From Acidimicrobiales bacterium (GTDB taxonomy: Bacteria > Actinomycetota > Acidimicrobiia > Acidimicrobiales > GCA-2861595), in NCBI GenBank assembly GCA_035536185.1, contig DATLOM010000021.1:41731-105730 (forward strand): a stretch of DNA of 64,000 nt, in the 5' to 3' direction. Shown in pieces: positions 32,829-41,358 of this stretch (its first letter is position 1; each line of letters begins with the position of its first letter). A program made the position numbers and the translations under genes. The notes under the pieces are model-generated. The model had not been told where the DNA came from, made no database searches, and was given only the letters and a program-made list of their open reading frames with translations.

Positions 32829-34532
32829 TCAACTGCGCGGGGTGACGGCGCTCTTGCGCCCACGCCGGCGCGCCGACGTGGGACGAGAGCGGGCGGGTGC
32901 GGTCACCCGGTTCCTCCCCTTGCGCTTCGACTCGTAGAGTGCGGCGTCGGCCGCGGTCACCACTGCTGTCGAATCGCGACCGTGGATGGGGAAGGTGGCG
33001 ATGCCGCCGCTGATCGTCACCTGCAGCGCCGAACCGTCCTCGGTCTCGGCTTCGGCCACGGCCAGACGCAGCCGCTCGGCCGCGGCGAAGGCCTCGTCCG
33101 GTCCGCAGTTCGGCAGGATCATGGCGAACTCCTCGCCGCCGTAGCGGGCCGCGGTGTCGTACTCGCGGCAGGCCTTGGCCAGGACCACGGCCACCGCCCG
33201 CAGCACGTCGTCCCCCCGCTGGTGGCCGTGGGTGTCGTTGAGGTCCTTGAAGTGGTCGATGTCGAGCATGACCAGGGACACCATGGTCTCGTTGCGGGAC
33301 GCCCTGGCCAGCTCCCGATCGAGGACGAGGTCGAAGGCCCGGCGGTTGGCGATCCCGGTGAGACCGTCGGTCGAGGCGAAGGTCTGGAGCTGCTCCAGGA
33401 GCCACGCGTTGCGGAGGGCCAGCGCGGCATGGGAGGTGAACCGCTCCAGTATCGACACCATCTGCCGCTCGACGAGTGAGTCCTCCCGGAGGTCGTGCGC
33501 GACCACCAGCACACCCACCGACCGGCCCTCGGCGGTGAGGGGTAGCAGGGCCAGGCTCCGGGGCGAAGGGAACAGCGACGCCAGCCACGGGTCGTGCTCG
33601 GGGTTCAGGTCCGAGACGACCTGTGACCGCCGGCTCTCCCGCACGATCTTCAGGATCGAGTGGGCGCTGGGGCGGTGCTGGGTCGCCGACGCCTGTCCGG
33701 TCCCTCGCGACGCCATGAGGGAAAGTGCCTCGCCCTGTCCGGCGAGCACGGCGACCGTGTCGAGGTCGAAGGCGGCGACAACGCTGTCGAGCAGGACCTG
33801 GGCCACCGACGATGGGTCGGTGGCGTCCTCCAGGTCGACGGCCATCACGGCCAGCGCTTCCAGATCGTGGCGCCGCCGGCGCAGCTCCCGCTCGTTCACC
33901 ACCGACAGGATCCCGGTGATCATGGCCACGAACCAGATGACGCTGACGAACCACACCACGTGCTGGAGATTCGACCCCGGCAGCAGGTCCGCCCGCTCGC
34001 TTGCGCGTCCGAGGATCTCGGTCTCCTGGGCGCAGAAGATCCCCAAGAGCAGAACGGTGTGCCACGACGCCAGCTGGAGCCCGGCCCGGCGGGAGGCGAG
34101 GAGGCTCACGGCGATGAGGTGGAGCAGGATCAGGTACCGGAGTGGGCTGATCGTCCCGCCGGTGACGTAGGAGGCCCACGCCAGGAAGATCCCGTCGACG
34201 GCGAGCATGGTGCCGAACAGGACAAGTTCGCCACGGGAGCGGTGCCACCACCACTGGCACGCCAGGCTCGACACGACGTAGGCGCCGATGCCCACGGCGA
34301 GGTCGCTAAGGCCCGCGCCGAGCGTCTCGGGAGCGAGCAGCGCGAACAGGACCACCACGCCGGAAACGGCCATGCGGAACAGCTGCATGCGCTGGACCCG
34401 CTCGGCCAAGGGCAGCAGCTCGCCCGACGCCGCCGTCACCGGCAGCCGCCCCCGGCCCTGACCTGACACATCCGTCCTGCTTTCTGCTGGGCTGCAGAGC
34501 ACGCCCCCAGGACGCGCTGCACCGACATGCAT
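32829..34532 (-). CDS. Membrane-bound GAF-GGDEF diguanylate cyclase
   Basis: 567 aa. About six N-terminal TM helices, a GAF-like middle, and a GGDEF domain (RYGGEEFAMIL, preceded by LVMLDIDHFKDLNDTHGHQRGDDVL). Confidence 0.88.
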   Translation of the reverse strand: MHVGAARPGGVLCSPAESRTDVSGQGRGRLPVTAASGELLPLAERVQRMQLFRMAVSGVVVLFALLAPETLGAGLSDLAVGIGAYVVSSLACQWWWHRSRGELVLFGTMLAVDGIFLAWASYVTGGTISPLRYLILLHLIAVSLLASRRAGLQLASWHTVLLLGIFCAQETEILGRASERADLLPGSNLQHVVWFVSVIWFVAMITGILSVVNERELRRRRHDLEALAVMAVDLEDATDPSSVAQVLLDSVVAAFDLDTVAVLAGQGEALSLMASRGTGQASATQHRPSAHSILKIVRESRRSQVVSDLNPEHDPWLASLFPSPRSLALLPLTAEGRSVGVLVVAHDLREDSLVERQMVSILERFTSHAALALRNAWLLEQLQTFASTDGLTGIANRRAFDLVLDRELARASRNETMVSLVMLDIDHFKDLNDTHGHQRGDDVLRAVAVVLAKACREYDTAARYGGEEFAMILPNCGPDEAFAAAERLRLAVAEAETEDGSALQVTISGGIATFPIHGRDSTAVVTAADAALYESKRKGRNRVTAPARSRPTSARRRGRKSAVTPRS

Positions 34533-34687
34533 CGACCACTCACCGTGACAACTTGAGGATTAGCTAGCCCATTCGGGTGATCCCGCGCCTGACCCGGCGC
34601 CCTCGGTAGCGTCGCCCCGTGGCCCGCCCTAGCCCACGCCGTCGTCTGCGCCTTCGCGTGACGGCCTGAGACGACAGCGGACACCGG

Positions 34688-35050
34688 GTGCAGACGCTTT
34701 TGATAGGCCTCGCCGGAGCCTTCGGCGCCATCGCCCGCTACCGGGTGGGCCTCGCCGTAGGTGCCCGTAGCTTCCCCTGGGCCACCCTCGGGATCAACGT
34801 GGCCGGCTGTTTCCTGCTCGGGATCCTGCTGGCCGGCCCCGCCGTCGATCGCTGGCCGTCCTCGGCCACCGCCGCCCTGGGAATCGGCTTCCTCGGCGCC
34901 TTCACCACCTTCTCCACCTTCGGCTACGAGGCCTTCACCCTGCTGCACACCGGTCGAGCAGGCAGCGCCGTGCTGTACGTGCTCGCCTCCATGTTCGGAG
35001 GGTTGCTCGCCGCCGGCTCCGGCTACGCCACCGGGCGGGCCCTCTTGTAG
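34688..35050 (+). CDS. crcB: Fluoride ion channel CrcB/FluC
   Basis: 120 aa, four TMs. Motifs LGINVAGCFLLG and FLGAFTTFSTF. Confidence 0.9.
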   Translation: MQTLLIGLAGAFGAIARYRVGLAVGARSFPWATLGINVAGCFLLGILLAGPAVDRWPSSATAALGIGFLGAFTTFSTFGYEAFTLLHTGRAGSAVLYVLASMFGGLLAAGSGYATGRALL

Positions 35051-35113
35051 CCGGCGGCCGGGTGGCTACCAGGGGCGTGAAGCCTGTCCTCGATGTCTCG
35101 CGACATCCCAGAG

Positions 35114-35187
35114 TGGAGACGATGGGACTCGAACCCACGACCCCCGCCTTGCAAAGGCGGTGCTCTAGCCAACTGAGCTACGTCCCC
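35114..35187 (-). tRNA. tRNA-Ala (anticodon UGC)
   Basis: The reverse complement GGGGACGTAGCTCAGTTGGCTAGAGCACCGCCTTTGCAAGGCGGGGGTCGTGGGTTCGAGTCCCATCGTCTCCA folds as a cloverleaf. Anticodon stem CCGCC/GGCGG with loop TTTGCAA, G-U at acceptor position 4, T-arm GTGGG-TTCGAGT-CCCAT. Confidence 0.9.
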
Positions 35188-35303
35188 GGGGGATGAAGAA
35201 AAGGTGGCAGAAAACCCCCGTTGACCCGTATTGTAGGCAACCTGCCCAGACGATCCTTGGCGATCAACGACTGGGCCAACCCCGAGGGCGACGACGAGAA
35301 GGC

Positions 35304-35358
35304 GGCGTTCACCGAGACGGTGACCCAGGGCTGGCGTTCATCGAGACGGTGACCTAGG
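35304..35358. repeat. Tandem 26-nt direct repeat, period 29
   Basis: GGCGTTCACCGAGACGGTGACCCAGG (35304-35329) and GGCGTTCATCGAGACGGTGACCTAGG (35333-35358), 24/26 identical. It lies in a stretch that reads like a broken coding remnant (..DWANPEGDDEKAAFTETVTQGW / ..ERIEQKMVEAVNGLRQLENG..). Confidence 0.8.
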
Positions 35359-35854
35359 AGCGGATCGAGCAGAAGATGGTCGAGGCGGTGAACGGACTCC
35401 GCCAACTTGAAAATGGTTCGAACTGGACCCCGCTCCACTTCGACGACGCTCTCAGCCCCGTCGCCTTGACGGCGGCGTTTATGACGACGGGTACCACACG
35501 CTCCGCGAGGTGAAGCCGCAGGCCGGCGCGATGCGGGCGACCGGGAGTCCGCCTAGAAGCGCCATGTTTGAAGGCGCCGCGAGCAGTTCAGTGGGCGGTA
35601 CAGCTGGTGTGTGGAGTCCCTTCCGTAGGACAGTGCGGTGATCTGCCACGGGCGACTGACGAAGCGCCACGCCGAAGCGAGTGCAGCCGCTACCCACTGC
35701 TCAGCTTGTGGGCGCCCCGAGATCGCCGAGCCCTCAGGTCTCGCCGATGGGCAGACGGGCCCATGACTGGCCGCGGCGTCGTCTTGGACGCAGGCGTTCG
35801 AGGTCCCGCATGTCGTGACGAACAGTGTGAGTGCCGTCGCACTGCCCGTGCCAT

Positions 35855-35872
35855 AATGACAAATATGTCATT
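35855..35872. promoter_or_regulatory. Perfect 7-bp inverted repeat in the putative promoter of the NTase-HIT operon
   Basis: AATGACA-AATA-TGTCATT overlaps a -10-like CATAAT and ends about 80 nt upstream of ATG 35951. Candidate operator for the adjacent XRE-type regulator. Confidence 0.45.
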
Positions 35873-35950
35873 CTCTCCTCGCTCCCTTTCGCCCTGGGCG
35901 CGTGTTGTTCAGGGCCTTAGGCGTACAGGCGCTTGGAGGCGGAGCCTGGC

Positions 35951-37002
35951 ATGAGCCTGCACCGAGCAATCGAAGAAGCAGCGACCGCGCTGCGGATTGA
36001 CCGCGAGATTGATGCGCTACGCACCGCCGCCGAGTGGTCGGAGGGTCGGCTGGCTGAAGCAGAGGCCCACATTAAAGGCTTGATATCGCCGGAGGAGGCG
36101 GAAATCGACGTTTTGGTCTTGGGATCGTACGCTCGCGGGGAAGCATCAACGAAAAGTGACTTCGATTACTTGATTGTCCCGCACGGGCTCCCCCCGGCGG
36201 GCTCGATTCGTTTTACCCGTGACCTACTTCGAGCCGTGGATGAGTTCATTGAGAGACTCGGCAAGCTAGCGGTCGACGACGACGACGACCCGTCTGACCG
36301 GAGGCCGGGCGGCACAGGGTTGTTCGGACAGATCCAATCAGCATCTGACCTTGTGGAGCGGATAGGTCTTGAACAGGACACGAATACGACCCACACGCGT
36401 CGTCACTCGTGCTGCAGGAGAGCCGGTCCATCTTCCGCCCCGACCTGCACGACAATTTGTTGCACAGCGTGCTCGCCCGTTACCTAAGCGACTACCAGCA
36501 CGGGCAGAAGGCAGGACCACCACGGTTCTTAATTAATGACCTGAACAGGTACTGGTACACGGTAGCCGTTGACTACCAGGCCGAGCGTTGGGAACGCTTG
36601 GAGCGCGGTTGGCGGATTCGCTACCTCAAGCTGCTTGTGTCTCGTCGATTGAGTTACGTCGCTGCTGTGATCCCACTTCTCCTGTGCTCCGCGGAGAACC
36701 TGGCCGAGGTTGATCGACTGGTGGAACTATATAAGCAGCCGCCATTAGCACGACTCTCGTCCCTTGTGACCTACAGCGGCTTTCAGGAGCAGGCCGAACT
36801 GGCCACTGTCCTGCGAACAGCGAATGACTTCATTGAGACGCTCTCCCAGCCAGGTAATCGTTCGCTTCTTGAACAAACCGCTGACGAAGTGCCGCTGTTC
36901 GATGAGATGAAGGCACTTACAAAAAAATTAGACAATACTCTGAGAACGATCCTCTTCGGGTCGCTACTTTCTAACGAGTCGAAGCGGTACTTGGTTCTCT
37001 AA
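35951..37002 (+). pseudogene. Nucleotidyltransferase (pol-beta fold, GlnD/DUF294- or SMODS-like), interrupted by a -1 frameshift
   Basis: ORF 35933-36487 carries the NTase signature (VLVLGSYARGEASTKSDFDYLIV). It loses sense after ...IGLEQDTNTTHTRR. ORF 36409-37002, whose frame is open from 36373, continues LVLQESRSIFRPDLHDNLL...FLINDLNRYWYTVAVDYQAERWE... The joined product is about 350 aa. The frame switch lies within 36373-36487, most likely near 36405. Confidence 0.6.
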
Positions 37003-37003
37003 G

Positions 37004-37438
37004 GTGAGCAATCTAGAGTACGCGTGTCGCGAATGCAGCTTCGAGATTTACATCCCTATCGGTGCATTTGAATCGACCGTCGTTGGACTTTATGACGATA
37101 GAAGGTTTCCTGGCCGGTGCATCGTTGTGCTACGAGACCACTACGAGCACCTCGATCAAGTGCCTGAGCGGCTAGCCCTTGAGATGCAACGACTATGCAC
37201 CGCCGTGGGCCGTACCTTACGTTCTGCGGGACTGGCGACGAGAGTGAACTATGCCGTCCTGGGAAACGAGCATCCGCACGTTCATACACATGTCATCCCC
37301 CGAGGCGGACCGAACGACCTAGTGCCCAAGCGCCCACCATGGCAGCACCCACACCCTGTGACGAAGTTGGCTCACGCCGAACGGACCGCCCTGCTGGACC
37401 TACTCAAAAGATCGCTTCACCAATTCGAGGCAGGCTAG
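37004..37438 (+). CDS. HIT (histidine triad) family nucleotide hydrolase/transferase
   Basis: 144 aa. Histidine triad HPHVHTHVIPR. N-terminal CRECSF... pattern and GRCIVVLRDHYEHLDQV. GTG start lies 1 nt after the NTase stop. Confidence 0.85.
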   Translation: MSNLEYACRECSFEIYIPIGAFESTVVGLYDDRRFPGRCIVVLRDHYEHLDQVPERLALEMQRLCTAVGRTLRSAGLATRVNYAVLGNEHPHVHTHVIPRGGPNDLVPKRPPWQHPHPVTKLAHAERTALLDLLKRSLHQFEAG

Positions 37439-37689
37439 GCGGGCTGGCTTGTTCGCTCTAGCTTTATCTCGATCGGGATTGCGAGCTCATCTGCTATGGC
37501 CAGCGCAGTACGCAAGGGCCATCGGTCACGACTGAGTAGTACTTGGACGACGGCTGGAACGGCTCCGAGGCGCTTCGCCAAAGCCTCTGGCTCGTTGAGA
37601 AGCCCGCTCTCCTCGAGTACCGCCATGACAACGCGCTGAACCTCAGCTGACACCGCTCGTTCGATGCCACCCGGGTCATGGCCGGTCAT
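37435..37689 (-). CDS. XRE-like HTH transcriptional regulator
   Basis: 84 aa. LAKRLGAVPAVVQVLLSRDRWPLRTALAIADELAIPIEI resembles an XRE-type HTH. Its stop overlaps the HIT stop (convergent, CTAG at 37435-37438). Confidence 0.55.
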   Translation of the reverse strand: MTGHDPGGIERAVSAEVQRVVMAVLEESGLLNEPEALAKRLGAVPAVVQVLLSRDRWPLRTALAIADELAIPIEIKLERTSQPA

Positions 37690-37892
37690 GGTTCTCCCCC
37701 CACGGTGACAACAGTCGGTTCAGACGACTCAGGCGATTCGTACGGATGCACATCTCTCCTTCATTTAGCCGAACGTGTGTTCGATACTACACGTGCTGAC
37801 AGCAGACGCTCCCCCCACCCATTTTTAGGCGATTTTTGACCCAGCGCCGCGGATGGTGGCTCGGGTTATCGCAGATATCGTTGAATATTGAG

Positions 37893-38318
37893 ATGGCTGC
37901 GTCCATGGCCGGTGAGGCCCCTCAAGAATCAACCACTGGTGAGTACGGCTTCACCTCCAGTCAGGTCCGGAGCCTTCTCGACTGCAGCGACGGAACGGCC
38001 CGAAAGCTATGTCCGCCCACTCTCATGAGTCGCTCCGGGGTGCAGCTAGCGCCCCATGAAGTTGTTCGGCGGGTGCGCCAGGATCTCCTTCTCCGTCTCC
38101 GCGCACGAGAACTCGACCCTGCGGATGAGGCGCAACGGCCGGCAGCGCCCGACGGCGACGCAGTCGCAACGCTTCAGGAACGAGTGATGGTGCTCGAGGA
38201 GCGCCTTCGGCTGATCAGTGCCGCACGAGCAGCGGCGCGTGAGGGGACCCGAATGGCGTTAGCTGAGGAGGACGCTTACCTGCAGGGCATGACGCTGGAC
38301 CTGCGGCCTCCCCGCTGA
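37893..38318 (+). CDS. Hypothetical protein (possible N-terminal HTH, C-terminal coiled coil)
   Basis: ATG 37893 chosen inside track ORF 37836-38318. GFTSSQVRSLLDCSDGTARKL is HTH-like, and LQERVMVLEERLRLISAARAAA is heptad-like. No family recognised. Confidence 0.4.
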   Translation: MAASMAGEAPQESTTGEYGFTSSQVRSLLDCSDGTARKLCPPTLMSRSGVQLAPHEVVRRVRQDLLLRLRARELDPADEAQRPAAPDGDAVATLQERVMVLEERLRLISAARAAAREGTRMALAEEDAYLQGMTLDLRPPR

Positions 38319-38459
38319 CACAACTACCCCGAGGAGTGACTGGAATGACGACCGCTGCTCGCCACACAGGATGGCTGTCACACCGTCGGGGGAGTATGGC
38401 CATGGTGTCATTATCGACGTTCGTCGTCTTCGGCGGGCAAGTCAACCCAGGAAGGGCCC

Positions 38460-38915
38460 ATGATCAACACTTCTCCGGTGCACGAAGCGGGCCACGCTCT
38501 TGCCGCGCTGCTCCTGGGCTTGAACGTCACTGAGATGCTGTATAGCAACATCAACAATGCCTCAACCGACGTAGCTAAGGAGGGTGTGGCTATCGCGGAT
38601 CTCGGAGTCGTGGCGCTGGCCGGCCTAGCGGCTGTTGAGATCATCCATGGGGCGGGTGCTGAAGCGATGGAGGACCAGGAGGGTGCCGAGTGCGATCTCC
38701 CGAAGGCAAGGGCATACGCGACCGCGCTCGAGGAGAGCCCCGAGGCACAAGACTGTCTGCTTCACGAGTGGCGAGACAAGGCAACGACGCTGCTCCGGTC
38801 GCCCGGCATGCCGGAAGCCTTGGAGGCGCTCGGCGGCTTGCTCGTGCGCAGAGGGCGTTTGACTGGTGACGACGTCCGGGAAGTCTTCGGCGGCCGCGTT
38901 CCGTCTGTTAAGTGA
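38460..38915 (+). CDS. Stand-alone FtsH-type (M41-like) zinc metallopeptidase domain protein
   Basis: 151 aa. HEAGHALAALLLG matches the FtsH HEAGHA zinc motif. Later segments parallel FtsH (ALAGLAAVEIIHG resembling GGRAAEE, and the C-terminal ALGGLLVRRGRLTGDDVREVF). No AAA+ domain or TM is present. Confidence 0.6.
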   Translation: MINTSPVHEAGHALAALLLGLNVTEMLYSNINNASTDVAKEGVAIADLGVVALAGLAAVEIIHGAGAEAMEDQEGAECDLPKARAYATALEESPEAQDCLLHEWRDKATTLLRSPGMPEALEALGGLLVRRGRLTGDDVREVFGGRVPSVK

Positions 38916-38933
38916 CCAGGCGAGGACATCGCG

Positions 38934-39791
38934 ATGACGTCTCCGAAGGGGTGGGCGAAACAGGCCGGCGCCTCCCGGCGCGTACTGCTAGTACTCGGTT
39001 TGGGGGTAGCGGGACTCTCGCTCCTCTTCCTCCTCGCGGTACTCGTCCTCACCGCTTGGCGGGTCGGGGCTCTGCCGTCGCAGTCGACGACTGAGACCGC
39101 GACCCAGCTCCAAGGAATCATTGCCGCCGTCAACCTCGTCTTGGTAGTGGTCTTGGCCGCAACGACCGTCTACTACGCCATCCAGAACAAGCGCATGGCC
39201 GACGAGATGCGGTCCGCCAGGGAATTCACCGTCCACCCGCGGATCGCTCTCGACCTCCCCTTCCTCGGACCCTTCTACGTGTTGGTTCGGGTGGTCAACG
39301 TCGGTCTTGGCCCAGCGTTCGACGTGCGCCTCCGCTTGGTGTTCGAGGCCACGCCTGCTTCAGGAAGGCCCACTACAGAGCGTGAGTGGAGGACGCCCCT
39401 TCTCGCTCCCGGGCACCACCAAGACTTCGACGTGTCTGGGCCAGGCGGCGTACCCGTCACCTTCACAGATCTCCCTAAAGAGTTCAGTCGGATCCGCCTC
39501 ATCGGAACAATGTCGGACGGCCTCGGGAACTCATCCTCGATCGACGAGACAATGAGTGACCTCGCAGATTGGGTCCAGAGAATCAACTCCGCTGAGGCGC
39601 TTCTCCCGATTGACCACCTGGAGAAGGCCGCTGACTCCCTTGAGGAGATCAAGCGAACAGTCAAGTCGTGGAGCGCCATCAGCGGTGGCCTACGAGTGCG
39701 CACGGACCAAGACCTGGCTCGTGAGATGGAGAACGCTCGCAGGCGGCGCGACGAAATGGTCGAGCAGGACCGTCCCGGCACTGGCCAGTGA
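38934..39791 (+). CDS. Hypothetical 2-TM membrane protein with beta-rich and helical C-terminal regions
   Basis: 285 aa. TM1 VLLVLGLGVAGLSLLFLLAVLVLTAW and TM2 IIAAVNLVLVVVLAATTVYYAI. Then VRVVNVGLGPAFDVRLRLVF (beta-sandwich-like) and a charged helical tail. Confidence 0.55.
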   Translation: MTSPKGWAKQAGASRRVLLVLGLGVAGLSLLFLLAVLVLTAWRVGALPSQSTTETATQLQGIIAAVNLVLVVVLAATTVYYAIQNKRMADEMRSAREFTVHPRIALDLPFLGPFYVLVRVVNVGLGPAFDVRLRLVFEATPASGRPTTEREWRTPLLAPGHHQDFDVSGPGGVPVTFTDLPKEFSRIRLIGTMSDGLGNSSSIDETMSDLADWVQRINSAEALLPIDHLEKAADSLEEIKRTVKSWSAISGGLRVRTDQDLAREMENARRRRDEMVEQDRPGTGQ

Positions 39792-41161
39792 TACCCAGCG
39801 AGTGCGCCGCGTTCCGGATTTCGGCTGATCGCGTTCCAGGCTCTCCGGCCGACCGCTCAATGAGCAGCGAGTTCGCAGTTTTCTTCACCCCCTACGTCCC
39901 CTGGGGGGGAATCGCGGCTCTTTCGAGCCAACGCCGGTGCAGCGTAACGCCCGAGGCCACCCTCCGATCGCCCGTTGTCTATCCTCGGCCCCTGCCCCAC
40001 CTCCGAGAAGATGCCGACGAGGTCCCCGGAGCGGGTGGAACATGGGGCATCTGGTCGGAGGAGCGTCGGCTGGCCACCGTCACCGTCGAACGACATGACG
40101 GGGGAGGCCCCCCGCTACTCGGTGTGCGAATCGTCCAGCCCCTCCAGTGCAGCAGCGAAGACGCCAGGCAGATCGTGGCCGGCGTAATCAGCCATGCCCG
40201 GGAGCTGCAGGTCCGTCATGTCGATCTCGACACCATCGACCCGCTCGTGCGCCACGAAGCCCGTCTGGCCGGTTTCGACGGCCCTCTCCGCCAGCCGCTG
40301 CGTGGGAACCTCGAGATCCTCCTGGGGCCGTCCCCGGGCGGGCCGGCGACGACCGAGCCCGAGGCGCTGGCCCGGGAGGTGGGGCGGCTTGCCGGCGTGC
40401 AGGTGACCGTGCGGCCGGCTGGGGGTTGGCTGGCCAAGCTGGCGCGGGGTGCCGTGGCCGGGTTCGGTGACATGGTGAACCTGGTCGCCCAGGGCGGTGG
40501 CGGCGGCGGGGACTTCACCCTCGCCGTTCCCCACCGGGTCGATGTCCTGCCCGAGAGCCTGGCTCTGGCCGTGGACACCCTTCTCGGGATCCGTCGCCGC
40601 TTCGGCCGCGCCATCGACCACCTGCGGCTGGTGTCGTTCGACCACGCCAGCCACGGGCTGAAGGTGGGTAGCTACGCCGGCCAGGCCCAGACCAACGTCG
40701 GCATCATCCACCTCAACGCCTCCTACGCGCGGGCGGCAGAGCTCGAGGAGCAGCGCCGGCCCCACCCGGTACTCGGCCCCGAATACCGCTTCTCAGGATC
40801 GACGATCCCGCCCTACAGCACCCTCGAACGCACCGCCGCCCACGAGGCATGGCACCAGATCGAGGGCGCCTTCGAAGCCCGTGTCTACAAGCGCAGCATC
40901 GAGATGCGCCGGCGCCTCGGGGCCCACTTCGGGGTGGAGACCCTGGAACATGCGATCCTCGGCCGCAAGCCCGACGCACCACCGGCGTGGAAGGCGGCCC
41001 AGGCGCGACTCGTGCAGGAGGTTTCGAACTACGGGGGCACCCTGCCGGGTGAGGCGACGGCGGAGATGTTCAAGGACTGGTGGTGTCCCATCGTGCCGGC
41101 ATCGCCGGCGGTGCGGCTGTTCGGGCAGCTGGTGGAGGAGTACTTCCCGCCCCCGGATTGA
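39788..41161 (+). CDS. Hypothetical protein with HEXXH motif (HEAWH) and a possible GNAT-like N-terminal region
   Basis: 457 aa. GTG 39788 overlaps the upstream TGA (GTGA), supporting coupling, but ATG 39860 is an alternative start. AAHEAWHQIE lies near the C-terminus. N-terminal region QIVAGVISHARELQVRHVDLDTIDPLVRHEARLAGF is GNAT-tail-like. G+C rises back to the genome level within this gene. Confidence 0.5.
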   Translation: MIPSECAAFRISADRVPGSPADRSMSSEFAVFFTPYVPWGGIAALSSQRRCSVTPEATLRSPVVYPRPLPHLREDADEVPGAGGTWGIWSEERRLATVTVERHDGGGPPLLGVRIVQPLQCSSEDARQIVAGVISHARELQVRHVDLDTIDPLVRHEARLAGFDGPLRQPLRGNLEILLGPSPGGPATTEPEALAREVGRLAGVQVTVRPAGGWLAKLARGAVAGFGDMVNLVAQGGGGGGDFTLAVPHRVDVLPESLALAVDTLLGIRRRFGRAIDHLRLVSFDHASHGLKVGSYAGQAQTNVGIIHLNASYARAAELEEQRRPHPVLGPEYRFSGSTIPPYSTLERTAAHEAWHQIEGAFEARVYKRSIEMRRRLGAHFGVETLEHAILGRKPDAPPAWKAAQARLVQEVSNYGGTLPGEATAEMFKDWWCPIVPASPAVRLFGQLVEEYFPPPD

Positions 41162-41358
41162 AGGTGCCGGGGGCGCGGGTAGAGGGGCGGTGTGGATGAC
41201 GAGGAGCTCGAGCCGGACGACGAAGACCAGGGTGTTCTCGACCGGCTGCGCCAGATGCCGGTAGGGGTGACCGACCCGAACATCATCGGTGACGCCGGGC
41301 CCACCGACATTCCCCCCGGCAGCGATCCTCCGCTCCCCGCGGAGGACGACGGCGTTCC

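Noticed and set aside
34533-34687. Possible fluoride (crcB-motif) riboswitch upstream of crcB.
   Set aside because: I could not find the conserved elements of the motif as I remember them (GGCGATG-type 5' strand and the CTGATG..CCTCTAC-type 3' segment). A covariance-model scan with RF01734 would settle it.
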